From Lingula anatina (lineage: Eukaryota > Animalia > Brachiopoda): a stretch of DNA of 64,000 bases. The position numbers and the translations under genes were made by a program. The stretch spans positions 13,636,587-13,700,586 of the forward strand of contig CM120648.1 in NCBI GenBank assembly GCA_051362555.1, given 5' to 3'. This document shows, piece by piece, positions 50,890 through 64,000 of the stretch (position 1 is its first letter; each line of letters opens with the position of its first letter). The notes below the pieces were generated by a model. That model was given only the letters and a program-made list of their open reading frames with translations, had not been told where the DNA came from and searched no databases.

Positions 50890-52975
50890 TCCAGACTGCC
50901 ATGATGCTGGCAGACTTGCTTGTCCAGCCAGAGTTCTGGCAGAATGGATTGTCCTGCCATGTTCTGGCAGTCTAGGTTGTCTTGCCATGATGCTGGCAGC
51001 CTTGGTTGTCCTGTCAGAGTTCTGGCAGATTCGGCTGTCCTGTCATTCTGATGGCAGGTTCGGCTGACCTGCCATGAAACTGGCAGTCTAGATTGTCCTG
51101 CCATGTTCTGGCAGTCTCGGTTGTCCTGCCATGTTCTGGCAGTCTAGGTTGTCTTGCCATGATGCTGGCAGCCTTGGTTGTCCTGCCAGAGTTCTGGCAG
51201 ATTCGGCTGTCCTGTCATTCTGATGGCAGGTTCGGCTGACCTGCCATGAAACTGGCAGTCTAGATTGTCCTGCCATGTTCTGGCAGTCTCGGTTGTCCTG
51301 CCATGTTCTGGCAGTCTAGGTTGTCTTGCCATGATGCTGGCAGCCTTGGTTGTCCTGTCAGAGTTCTGGCAGATTCGGCTGTCCTGTCATTCTGATGGCA
51401 GGTTCGGCTGACCTGCCATGAAACTGGCAGTCTAGATTGTCCTGCCATGTTCTGGCAGTCTCGGTTGTCCTGCCATGTTCTGGCAGTCTAGGTTGTCTTG
51501 CCATGATGCTGGCAGCCTTGGTTGTCCTGTCAGAGTTCTGGCAGATTCGGCTGTCCTGTCATTCTGATGGCAGGTTCGGCTGACCTGCCATGAAACTGGC
51601 AGTCTAGATTGTCCTGCCATGTTCTGGCAGTCTCGGTTGTCCTGCCATGTTCTGGCAGTCTAGGTTGTCTTGCCATGATGCTGGCAGCCTTGGTTGTCCT
51701 GTCAGAGTTCTGGCAGATTCGGCTGTCCTGTCATTCTGATGGCAGGTTCGGCTGACCTGCCATGAAACTGGCAGTCTAGATTGTCCTGCCATGTTCTGGC
51801 AGTCTAGGTTGTCTTGCCATGATGCTGGCAGCCTTGGTTGTCCTGCCAGAGTTCTGGCAGATTTGGCTGTCCTGTCATTCTGATGACAGGTTCAGCTGTC
51901 CTGCCATGAAACTGGCAGTCTCAGTTGTCTTGCCATGATGCTGCAGTCCGGGTTGCCCTTCCATGTTCTGGCAGTCTTAATTGCCCTGCCATGTTTTGGC
52001 AGTCTTAATTGTCCTGCCAAGGTGCTAGCAGTTAAGGTCATCCTGCCATGAAACTGGCAGTCCCAGTCATTCTGCCATGACACTGGCAGTTATGGTCCTC
52101 CTACCATGAAACTGGCAGTCCCAGTCATTCTGCCATGACACTGGCAGTTAATGTTGTCCTGCCATGACATTGGCAGTCCTGGTTGTCCTGCCATGACATT
52201 GTCAGTCTCGGATGTCCTGCCATGACATTGTCAGTCTCGGTTGTCCTGCCATGACATTGGCAGTCTTGGATGTCCTGCCATGACATTGGCAGTCTCGGAT
52301 GTCCTGCCATGACATTGGCAGTCTCGGTTGTCCTGCCATGACATTGGCAGTCTCGGATGTCCTGCCATGACATTGGCAGTCCTGGTTGTCCTGCCATGAC
52401 ATTGGTAGTCTCGGTTGTCCTGCCATGACATTGGCAGTCCTGGTTGTCCTGCCATGACATTGGTAGTCTCGGTTGTCCTGCCATGACATTGGCAGTCTCG
52501 GATGTCCTGCCATGACATTGGCAGTCCTGGTTGTCCTGCCATGACATTGGCAGTCTCGGTTGTCCTGCCATGACATTGGCAGTCCTGGTCGTCCTGCCAT
52601 GACATTGGCAGTCCCGGTCGTCCTGCCATGACACTGGCAGTCTGGGTTGTCCTGCCATGTTCTGGCAGTCTCGATGGTCCTGCCATGTTCTGGCAGTCTG
52701 GGTTGTCCTGCCATGTTCTGGCAGTCTCTATGGTCCTGCCATGTTCTGGCAGTCTCTATGGTCCTGCCATGTTCTGGCAGTCTGGGTTGTCCTGCCATGT
52801 TCTGGCAGTCTCGATGTTCCTGCCATGTTCTGGCAGTCTGGGTTGTCCTGCCATGTTCTGGCAGTCTGGGTTGTCCTGCCATGTTCTGGCAGTCTCGATG
52901 GTCCTGCCATGTTCTGGCAGTCTGGGTTGTCCTGCCATGTTCTGGCAGTCTGGGTTGTCCTGCCATGTTCTAGCA
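50890..52975. repeat. 28/29-bp palindromic satellite with 172-bp higher-order repeat
   Basis: Monomers gtcctgccatgacattggcagtctcggtt (29 bp) and gtcctgccatgttctggcagtctgggtt (28 bp). Near-identical ORFs at 51088, 51260, 51432 and 51604 are spaced 172 bp apart. Confidence 0.97.
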
Positions 52976-53645
52976 GGTTTGTCTTGCAGAGTTTTCGAGA
53001 ATGGATGAAAGTGAACATGTTGGCTTTGAATGATGCTAATACTGAGTTGATATGGTTTGTATCAAGGTTCAAGGCAAATAGGAAAAATGCAGCAAATGCC
53101 AACATTGCATAGGAGATGTTCTTATAAAACCATCTAGTTCTGTAAAAGAAATGGGAGTTACCCTCAATGAAAATGGCACTGTGGGGAAGCATGTATCTGA
53201 AATTTGAAAATCAGCATCTTATGCACTATGGCGCATTGGAAAAGTAAGGAAAGTGTTAAATGACAAATCCACTAAAAAATTAGAAAATGCATTTAAATCA
53301 TCAAGATGAGATTACTGCAATGGTCTCCTCTTTGGTATATGTGACTATCAGATAAGAATAATTACAAGTTATTCAAAACTCAGCTGCAAGACTGGTTTTT
53401 CAAATAAAGTGCAATAGTACACACCCTATCACTCTTATTGTGAAAGGTTACACTGGCTGCCAGTGAAGTAGAGGATTGATTATACAGATCTGGTATTATT
53501 TTAAGGTGATCCATACGCAAAGTCCAGTCCATTTTTCCAAACCTATGTTTTAACTCACCAAGGCTCTCCACAAGTTTTCATTCGGAGAATGACCTTATTT
53601 TAGAAGATTCTGTTTTAGAGAAATGGTCTCTCAAAAGTTATGGTG
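52976..53645 (+). mobile_element. L2-group LINE ORF2 3' fragment (copy a)
   Basis: [19 protein letters not shown]; DYCNGLL; LQVIQNSAARLV; LHWLPV, with stops and frameshifts. Confidence 0.85.
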
Positions 53646-53880
53646 AAGCTGATGCTGGTAGTCTCAGTTGCCCTTCAATGTTCTGGCAGTCTGGGTCGAC
53701 CTGCCATGATGCTGGCAGTCTCAGTTGTCCTGCCATGATGCTGGAAGTGTTGACTGTCCTGCCGTGAAGCTGGCAGTCTCGGTTGCCCTTCCATGTTCTG
53801 GAAGTCTCAGTTGTCCTGCCATGATGCTGGCAGTCTCGCTTGGCTTGCCATGTTCTGGCAGTTTTCAGTGGTCCTGCCTT
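53646..53880. repeat. Degenerate monomers of the 28/29-bp satellite
   Basis: ctgccatgatgctggcagtctc-type units. Confidence 0.85.
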
Positions 53881-54506
53881 GATGCTGTGTTAGGTCCAAT
53901 CCTGTTTTCTTTATACATGTTACCTGTAGAAGATATACTTAAACATGGTCTGAACACTGTCATTTTTGCAGATGATACAAGTCTATATTACATGCAAGAG
54001 CAACCAGTCTGCAACAATCACTTCTATGGAAGCTTGTCTTGCGGAGATTCGAGAATGGATGAAAGTGAACATGTTGGCTTTAAATGATACTAAAGCCGAG
54101 TTGATATGGTTTACATCAAAGTTCAAAGCAAATAGGAAAAATGCAGCAAATGCCAACATTGCATAGGAGATGTTCTTATAAAACCATCTAGTTCTGTAAA
54201 AGATCTGGGAGTTACCCTCAATGAAAATGGCACTGTGGGGAAGCATGTATCTGAAGTGTGAAAATCAGCATCTTATGCACTATGGCGCATTGGAAAAGTA
54301 AGGAAAGTGCTAAATAACAGAACCACTGAAAAATTAGTAAATCATCAAGGTAAGATTACTGCAAGTATCCTCTTTAGTACATGTGACTATCAGATTTAAA
54401 AATTACAAGTTATTCAAAACTCAGCTGCAAGACTAGTTTGTCAAATAAAGTGCAATAGTGCACACCATGTCACTCCCATTCTGAAAGGATTACACTGGCT
54501 GCCAGT
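53881..54506 (+). mobile_element. L2-group LINE ORF2 fragment (copy b) including the RT active-site region
   Basis: [13 protein letters not shown]...FADDT, then sequence highly similar to copy a through LHWLPV. Confidence 0.88.
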
Positions 54507-57386
54507 GAATCCATGAAGCTAGCATTCTCGGTTGTCCCGCCATGTTCTGGAAGTTTCAGTTTCACATTTTATTAAAACCAGTTTTATCTGTTGTGCATTT
54601 TTCAGGGAGTGGTCACAAGGCAGCAAGAGAACTTGTATAGACCTGTCATTCAGGATTAATTAGTGATTCATGTCATCCAGTGATTCATGTGTAGATGTCT
54701 TACACCTGTAGCAGAGTACCCCAGTGCATCTACCACCGCCCTTGGCGCTGCAGACAGCAAACTGATGAATTCACCCCTCCCCCAAGCAGCCACCTTTGCC
54801 CCTGTTCTCATTTGGACTCCATATGTTGTGATCTAGCCAATGTGATCCCAGCCTACCTGACAGCAGCTCCGGCCAGCTAGCCAGCAAACAAAGCCATATG
54901 TTATCCTTTCCACCTTACTTATCTGTAGGCAATTCATCAACAGAGAGTGCAGTGAAAAAATTACAAATGGTTTAAAATTAACGTTTAATATGTAGTATGC
55001 ATTTTCAACGGAGAACAAAATTATTTAAGGCATTTCTTTATCTGCATCATACATGGTACCAGACAGCACCAGAAACGTAATACCTGAATTCCTGTTTATA
55101 TTCCTCCAATGAAATTTGAAATTGAGATTATGTATTTGTAAAAACACATCAACTTATTAGCACTTGGTATGGTAGTTTTCATGCAGCCTGCTTTTGGATT
55201 GAAGTAAAATTTTTTCTCATGTACTCTTAAATATGAATCTGTACTTAAGTGTGAAGCTGTGTACCTGAAGCTGAGTGATTTTGATGGCCACAGTGTACAG
55301 CTCTTTATATCTTTTGTGATCTTATGTGGGCAGTTTGCCTCTATGACATTTATATGAACAATGAACAGTTCACTTAATGATGTGATACTCATATAGACCA
55401 ATATATTTCTTGATCATAAAGTTTGTTTATTGTTTATATTGCATAATTTAGTCTTTTACAAAGCCTTTCCTATTTTTTTTTTACTTGCAGTAATGAATAA
55501 ACTTAGAATAGTTATCATTGAAAGGAACATGTTGATGGTTGTTTTCTTTGTCATTTCCTGGGTAAAGTGAGAAAAGGCAATGTGCACTATTTAACACACA
55601 TTGGTACTGTAGTGAATATGTAGGTGGCATCTTATTCAAATTGATTGATTTTTATACCATTTAGGTGCAGTCTTCTGTTGAGCATTTTTGTAATTTGAGT
55701 GTTTAGAAACACTGTTCTGTTGAATTTTAGTTTATTTCTCTTGAACAACCTCGAAACAGTGAAGGGAAACATGGAAGGAAGCAGTTGTTGGAAGTATTTT
55801 TCTTTTGTATTAAATAAAATGCAGTTTTAGTACAGCCTGGAGACACTGGCTCATATGAGGGTTATTTAGGAAAATATTTGATTTAGCCTCGTTTTTTAAA
55901 GGGAATGGAAGCTCTAAGATAAAATTTTGGGAGAAGAAGGCATTGAGACAGGTAAGATGCACATGTGTTTATACAATGACCAGTTGATTTATATATAATG
56001 ATTTATATATATACAAATAAATTTGACAAGAAAATAGAGCATATGTTTCAGTTACATTTTATACACCAAGGGAATGTTCATGTATCAATTTCACTGAGTA
56101 TTTTCTGAAGTTACATGTGTCTTCCAGGTTGACTGTCATATATGCTCTCTTTCTCTCTCATCACACACAAACTCCCACACATTCACACACACCTGCATAC
56201 ACATGGCTTATTAGTTCATGAAAGAAAATTGTTTCATGAAATAAAAACCTTATATTTGTAAAACTTCTGTTTTAATTTATAAATATTGTGTATTTTGTGA
56301 AACAAAATGTACCAGTACAATAATAAGTGTATGATAGTTGTGAACACTGTAGTTTGTAGATGTACTCCAGTATGTATTTACTAAAATCGTCAGGGCTTGA
56401 TTTCTATGGGATTTTAATTGATTTGAAGATGCGCATGTTTGCCACAGTTCAGCTCCTCATGATAAGCTTTATTTATCTATACTGATACAATTTTTAGATA
56501 ATTCGATTGTTACCAGCTTCCCTATTACCAAGATTGTGATATATTATTTATATTGATTTTAGTGTGCGTGTTGTTGTTGTGTGTGTGTGGAAAGATATTT
56601 GCAGTTAAAAAAGTGTTTAATGTTACTTTTTAAAACTTTCTAATTTAATATTTTTCTAGGCTTGAAAAACATGAATGGGACCAGGATTAATCATTTCGCT
56701 ATTCCTTGGACTGCAATTATTATGACAGAAGCACCTACACGTGTCATTTCCAAATGCTGTATGGCATTGAGCACCATCACAACCTCTGACTTTCTTTTAA
56801 GGGATGAAAAATATTTTTGTGCTGTGCTAGCTGATGCTAATGATAATAATAATATTTATTGATCATCAGTATAACTAAGTTTGTCGTATTATTTTACCAG
56901 TAGGATTGAACCATGCACCAAAAGTAAGGTATATTAAGTTCAATGTGCAAGCTTTTGCATACATGAAGTGGCTTGCTAACAAAAATTATTCTTTAAAAAA
57001 ACAAAAGTTGATTTAAATGCAAATATGGATTGGTACAGGAATAACATGGTATTGGTGAAAAAACTGCTGACCTTGGGTAAATTTATAAAATATTATTTGT
57101 TAAAATTGGTCCTGTTTTTAAAAGTGGGTAGTGTGTTTGTTGGCCAACTATACAGTGTATATGTACTGATCTAGAAGTGAAAAATAAATCGTATCAATGT
57201 TCCGAAAATAAAAAATAACCCTTTTTTTGCCACAAATATGCATGTATATTTGCATAGCTTTAATCCCTGTTGGTTTTCACAATATTATTTTCTGTTGACA
57301 AAATAATGTCTCATATGTTATAAAAGTTGCTCATATGTAAAAATTTAGTAAAATAGAGTCATTTGTTAAAAAAGTACTCATTTGTA

Positions 57387-60078
57387 TTTATGTATAGACA
57401 GATGTGTCTGTACATATCCGTCACCTTTGTCTGTCGCCGATAACACGGTAAGTGAATAACCGTTTTACCTTTTGGCTTGAAACTTACAGAACTGATGAAT
57501 ATTCATAATACGCAGGTCAAGTTTGAAAATCAGCTTGATCGGACCATTTTCACAAAAGTTATAGTTTTTTTTTTTTTTTTTTCTTTTTTCTGCATATATG
57601 CAACACTGATAACACATTTTAAGTAAAACTCATCAGCCTTTTGTCTTGCAACTCACAGGAGTGATCATTCTGATTAGTATATGCAGATCAAGTTTGAAAA
57701 TAAACTTGATAGTAAAGTTTGTCTTTTTTATGTACAGACACAGATGTGTCTGTACATATAGCCATCACCTGTGTCTGTTGCCGTCATCGCCATCGCCGTG
57801 AACTTTTACCGATAACACGATAAGTGGAAAACCGTTTTTTCTTTTGGCTTGAAACTTACAGAACTGATGGATATTCATAATACGCAGACCAAATTCGAAA
57901 ATCAGCATGATCGGGCAATTTTTAGGGAAGTTATGCTGTTTTTTTCACTTTTTTCAGCATTTATGTAGCACCAATAACACGATAAGTAGAAAACCGTTCT
58001 ATTTTTTGGTTTGAAGTTTACAGAACTGATTAATAACCATAATACACAGGTCAAGTTCGAAAATCAGCATGATTAGGCCATTTATATGGAAGTTATGCTG
58101 TTTTTTCACTTTTTTCAGCATTTGCGCAACACCGATAACACAATATTTGAAAAACCATTTTATCTTTTGGCTTGAAACTTACAGAACTGATAAATATTTA
58201 TAATACGCAGGTCAAGTTCGAAAATCAGCATGATAGGAATATTTTTATAGAATTTATGCTGTTTTTTTCACTTTTTTCAGCATATATTCAACCCTGATAA
58301 CACAATAAGTGAAAAACTGCTTTACTTTTTGACTAACTTACAGAACTGATGAATATCTATAATACGCAAGTCAAGTTTGGAAATTGGCTTGATCAGGGCA
58401 TTTTTATAAAAGTTTTGCTTTTTTTTCACTTTTTTTCTGCATATATGCAACACCTTTAACACATTTTAAAGAAAATCAATTGGCCAATTGTCTTGAAATT
58501 CACAGTAGTGATCATTGTTTCTAAAATACAGATTGAGTTTTGAAAATAAGCTTGATCAGTTACAGTTTGGTGAAGTTATGCCTTTTTTGTATATAAGTGT
58601 TTTTTCCTTAAATTTAATTCTCAGGCATGTTAACAGTCTCATTTTTGAACTGTTTAGATATGTTAAGTTGTTCTTTTGACATTTTCTGCATCTTAACAAC
58701 GTTGTTAGTTGATTATATAAAAATAATGGTAAACCTGCTATTGAGTATTATGTAATTAGTGTCAAAATGGAAAAAAAACTCATATCTACAGTTTGTCAGA
58801 TTCAACCATTCACTATGTTCAGAATCTCAGAATGGAGCAAGTTGGACATTTATAATTGTTCTATTGATATTTTTGCTTTGACAACATATTTTTATTGATC
58901 ATATAAAAATGACCATAAATTGATTATTTTGTTTTATGAAACAAAGGTGTTGAAAATGGATATAAACTCTTTCAATACAGTTTTCTCTTGTTTACATTTT
59001 GGTATTTTCAAAGTATGACTCTGAACTCTATGGGCTAGTCACATTTTCTGAATATCCATGATACTTTAATTTATTATTAAAAAAATTATGGTTATTTATT
59101 TATGCTGTTAAGCATTGTGTAATATTGCATCAAAATTGAACAAAACCCTATTCTGGGCACTGCCTCCGTAGTGGCGGTGAAAGGAAAACCATGTCACTTG
59201 CTCTTCTCACACTTACAGGAAAGAAACAGGATTGAAATACAGCTTCAGTTGAAAAATTGTCTCATTAGTTAGTTATATTTTTATCTTTCACATGTTGCAA
59301 TTTTCAATGTGGGACTTGGAGCTCCCTTGGGCATGAGGCCCAGTGGTAATCAAATTTTCTTAATGTCCATGTTTTTGATAGTAGATATTTAAAATTTGGT
59401 GGTATTTATACAGTTAATCATTATGTAATGTTGCATCAAAATTGACAAAAAACCTACTTTGTGCTCTGCCACCATTAATGTTATGTAAAGTAAAGTGTTA
59501 AGTTCTATTTTTTAACTAGTCTTACAAGAATGATTCATAGGATTGACATACAGCTCATATTAGAAAACCAGCTCTACTGGATTATCATTTTTATTAAATT
59601 TATGCATTTTTTTTGTGAAATTTTCATTTTTTTCATTCTGGCACTTTCTAATTGTAAACTTGAACTCTGATGGGCCTGAAACCTTATGCTTTTACTTTCA
59701 TCAGTGTTACCTGTTGTGCATAATTAAAATTTGATGTTGATGGTGCAGTTAAGCATAATGTATTATTGCATCAGAATTGGCAGTCTGCCATTTTGTGCAT
59801 TATTATTTTCTGCTTTTCTTAAGGTGTGACTTATGAACAATATATATATTATATCTAACTATATATATTAGGATTTCAAACTCCCTTTTGTACAGAAAAT
59901 CTCAGGATCCGCTCCTGTTATTGACCATGTTACCTGTTGTGCATGATTAAAATTCAGTGTTGACTGACTGCTATTTTAAGCATTATTTACTATTCCATCA
60001 CAATTGAAAAAAAATGACATTTTTGCATCATTATTTTCTGTTTTTGTCTGTACATTTGTCAGCTTTGCTGCCTTGTTT
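57387..60078 (+). mobile_element. Non-autonomous Helentron-like element (HINE) with internal tandem repeats
   Basis: T-run followed by atgtacagacac-aga-tgtgtctgtacat (heads at 57387 and 57724). Then ~162-bp tandem units (57810-58600), a 3' subterminal inverted repeat gtctgtacat (60046-60055), the hairpin cagc-ttt-gctg and a T-run. Confidence 0.78.
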
Positions 60079-61664
60079 ATTCGTCTTTTCATAAAAAGAA
60101 ACTCATCAATCGGCCTCATGTAATAGTTAAATGCTTATTTACAAAGAAAAAATGAGACATAAATTTCCGTTATAGCTTTAGTAAATTTTCAATTTCAAAC
60201 TCCCTTTTATACACAAAATAGGATTTAGATCAACTCCAGGAGCATCTCATATGATTTGAAATTTATTTTTTAACTATATTTACATAACGAAACTCTTATA
60301 ACCTTAAAAGCCGAGATATTCCACCGTTTCTGACATCCTATAAATCTTAGATAAATAAAAAATAAACCCAATTAAAAAATCCTTGATTTTCTTTTTGGTT
60401 AAAACCACCTAGTGGCAGACCGGTGGGTCCCGGGCTGGTATTGTTTTTAATATAAATTGTTATTGACATACTTTTCTTAGCTTCAGAACATTTCAAGTAT
60501 AAATGCTTCTGACACTACAATGTTTATTCAATAATACTTATTTTTGAAATGTAATTGTATCATTGCCAACAAATTACATTACATGTTTTGAAACAGCTGC
60601 ACTGGCTTCAAGTTAGAGCGCAGGTCTTAGGCCTACTTTAAATTTAAGCTATTGTTCATACAGTATTTTACCCAGTCCTTACTGTACTAAGTCCAAAAGT
60701 ATATTCTAAATGGTAACTTAAGATCATTTAATAAATAAGTAGGCTTTTTTATGTGTACCACAGGCGGTACAAATAACCTTCAACCTTCTGCGCATAGTTA
60801 CTGTAGGCCTACTCCCGCTCCACCAAGCTTTTTCCTCCGCTAGCCTATGGCCCAGAAGAGGACCTTTTTTTAAAACCATAGGCCTATCGGTAAAAAACAT
60901 TTTATTCGTGATGAGACAAAAAAAAAAAAAAAACTGAAGCAACTCTGCGTGTACCTACGTAAATCGAATTCCGGGCTGTTGTGCAAATGGACCAAATTTA
61001 TCCAGAGTGGACATATTCCCAGCAAACAGAAGCAGAGTTATTTCGCTCAGGGACGTGGAGATGGGGGGGGGGGGGGACAGGGACGTGGAGATGGCTATGA
61101 GGAGGGGCAGGGACCTGGAGGCCACGGGGAGGGGCAGGGTGGGGTCAATACACACTCTACACATCAGGACTTGACTTTTTAATGATGGCAATGGGTCAGT
61201 CTTGGCCGTCTACATGTTTCTAGGACAATTGCCTCAAGACAACCCCCACCCCGAACAGTTCCCCCAAGACACCCCCACCTTCTCAGAAAAAATAGGGCCT
61301 ACTCTGGTTTTGAATTATCTATATCATACATCTCTCCCATTAAAATATTTCTTGCTTACCGACCTCTGCTTGGAGACAGAATTTTATTAAAAGCAGGCAT
61401 TTATAATTTTTCTCAATATCACATTTTCATTCTCATTATTATATACATTACAGGGGTAATTGTCCGGGGTGGGGGGGGGTCCTAATTACCTGGATAGATT
61501 TTTGAGCTCTAAGATTATCTAAAGACGAGGATGGATAAGAACATTTGAAGCTTTTTTTTTTCAAATAATACGTCCATGAAATTTCTTTGGGAAGATAAGG
61601 ATTAAGACATTTAAGTTGACTTATCAACTCTATCATTTAAGGCAGCCATTTCAATAAAATTTTG

Positions 61665-63985
61665 TACAGCGTATGTGCAAATGAAGCGTTCCGCGTGTGT
61701 CGACAGTGATCTCCTTGGTAGATACACAGCGTGGTGTGCTGCTGAGTTCTTTTAGTCTGTGGTTTGGGACAAGTTGAAGGCAGAATCCATGGACATGATC
61801 CCAGAGCTGCGTTTATCTGTCGCTGGGATCGTGAACTAATCGTTATCTGAAACAGACACGGAAACAAAACTTAAAACTGCGCTGATAAATATTATTCACA
61901 GTTTAGGTGACTCTCTAACGTACATTCAAAGCCATTGAATTGTCTCTAAAAATGGACCGGCCCAGTAAAAAGTAGGCCTACCTCTCTTCAGAAGACGACC
62001 TCAATCCAGACCCAAACGATAACTCTCACCTGCCATCCCAGTTAACAAACTTTCGGAACTGCCACAGCAAAAGTTCGTTAACTGGCAAGTTACGTCAGTC
62101 CCGTAGCCAGCAATTTCAAAAGGGGGGTTCTTTTAGGTCTTTTTTTACCTTAAATTACTCCGCTTTTTCACAAAAAAAGACATACAAAACTATCAATTCG
62201 TTACAACAGTTGCACTAACTCAGGGGGAACAAATATTTTCAGGTTGTCCACAACAGCATCTAAGAGACATCTAGAAACTCACCTCAGCGTACCTGTGGCA
62301 GTGTAAGTAGTAGTAGCAGTGCATGTAGTAGTAGTAGGCCTACAAGATGAAGTAGTAGTGGTGAGAGTAGTACTAGTATAAGAGTAGTAGCATATAAGGC
62401 AATATATTACTGGCACAGGTTGTATATAAGTAATGCTGCATGTGGCTGTGATGACAATACAATTAAATCTAGGAAACCAGTCGATTGAGCAATGTGCAGA
62501 TCTCGTTTCGTTACCCTTATAAAGGACCCCACACACACACACACACAAACACGCGCGCGCCCAAACAGTTTTTGTTAATAATAAAAATATGAGACTGAAA
62601 TTTCTCTCAGGTGCGCCTGCAAACATTTCAAAAATTGTACGCATAATTCCAGGCCATATATATTAAAAATTTACCAAATATCCAATCCTAGGTTTCATTT
62701 GTCGTATACGATGTCCGTAAGGTGTCTATGTATTGCCCATATGCCCCTACTCGTGGGGCATCCGTTACTTTACTTCAAGGTCATGTGGGAGTTCTAAAAA
62801 CTTGCGTGTGATTTAATATTTAAAATCAAAATGTTCCTGCTTGTATTTGAATTAATTTGGTTTTCGATATTATTAATGTCTCGACTAAACCTATTTTAAC
62901 TTTTCTCCCCCCCCCCTCTCTCGTACGTGTTTTTAACCTCTTAATCTTTTTTTGCTAACCCAAAATATATTCTCTGTCTGTTTGAAGACATTTCAAATGA
63001 GCAATCTTAGTTGGGAAATGATCCAATGACTGCCCTCTATCAGGGCCGAAGTCATTATGCTGTGGTTTTTTGCTTTTACAGTACAGAGATTAGTCATCTA
63101 TTTAACCAGAGACGTATCTTCTAATATCTAGTGAAAAATCAATCTATGACCCTGGTAGAGGGTAGCCAGAGGCTGCGGTGTGTTGATTTTGATGCTCTCT
63201 CAACCATGATTGTGACGGACTCCACAAATATCAGCCAATTGTGTTAGTGAAGATATAACGGAGAGGGGGATGAAATGTTTATAAAGAAATGAACTAATAA
63301 GTCATTGAAAATTACAATATGCTTTTTTAGTTTAAATTAGATGTGGACGAACCATTCAGTAGAGAAAGTTGGATTTGAAGGAAAAATATGTTGAAATAAA
63401 ACGGCACAAAAATGATGGGGGGAGGGTATCATGAGGGATAAAAGGTTCGGGAGAGTCGGGGAAATTGAGTTTTGAGTGCGTTCGGGTGTTTACCGGTGTC
63501 CTTTAACTTTAACACACCAGGTTATACAAACTTTTACAACTTTTGTCTCTAAAAAAACGTGCAGATTTATCTTTTTTACTCACATAACTACGGTATGTTT
63601 CTACTACAGTAATTCTCAAAGATGTACTTTAAAGATGGCGTCTATTTAGAAAGCGCGCCATTACTAAAAACGCAGCACTGGAAATTTACTGGCAAAGCGT
63701 CAACACTACGAAAGGAACTTAACTTAAAATAAGTTGCAAATGAAACAAAGTACCGACAGAATTTATGTGGAGTCAAAGTTAACTATTTCTGAACTACACA
63801 AACTGTCAGCGAATAATTTTCACATCAAGTATGTTTGCTGACTTGCACAAAATATTGCACATTTTCATTTATGCACTAAGGTCTATTTGCGCGACTAACC
63901 AGAATATACATCAGAAAAGATATATAAAACAGAAGTGCTAACGAATGCGATTTCGTGCTTTGCCGAACTGTCCCCATAGTGGCTA
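61665..63985. repeat. Duplicated block B, copy 2
   Basis: Colinear with 31748-34610, with deletions and a partial CAGGCCCGTAGCC-family MITE at ~62096. Confidence 0.92.
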
Positions 63986-64000
63986 AAAAGAATAGTAGGC

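Noticed and set aside
50890-52975. CRISPR array (palindromic ~29-bp repeats)
   Set aside because: There are no unique spacers, monomers abut directly, no cas genes are present, and the context is eukaryotic.
50835-53192. Repetitive proteins (MAGQPRLP... ORFs)
   Set aside because: ORFs occur in several frames on both strands. Units of 28/29 bp are not multiples of 3, so these are satellite read-through.

Overview
AT-rich (roughly 35% GC by eye), repeat-dense eukaryotic DNA with GT-AG introns and microsatellites. The repeat types suggest an invertebrate, possibly a mollusc (inference). I see no intact host protein gene, rRNA or CRISPR array, and most listed ORFs are spurious. The window holds many decayed and nested transposons: an intron-containing Tc1-like DD34E transposase carrying what looks like a Tc1 excision footprint and a possible convergent second gene, an intron-split Ginger1-like D35E integrase, and an intronless Ginger-type integrase joined to a decayed OTU-like domain. 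It also holds LINE fragments, several MITE families (5-bp-TSD hAT-like, PIF/Harbinger-like, Kolobok-like, EnSpm-like), a Helentron-like (HINE) element with internal ~162-bp repeats, a 35-bp minisatellite derived from a MITE terminal repeat, and a 28/29-bp palindromic satellite with a 172-bp higher-order unit. Two multi-kb blocks are duplicated (~0.2-4.0 kb with ~27.2-31.5 kb; ~31.7-34.6 kb with ~61.7-64.0 kb). They carry a cluster of tRNA-like Pol III promoter modules and conserved minus-strand splice signals. All alignments and translations were done by eye.
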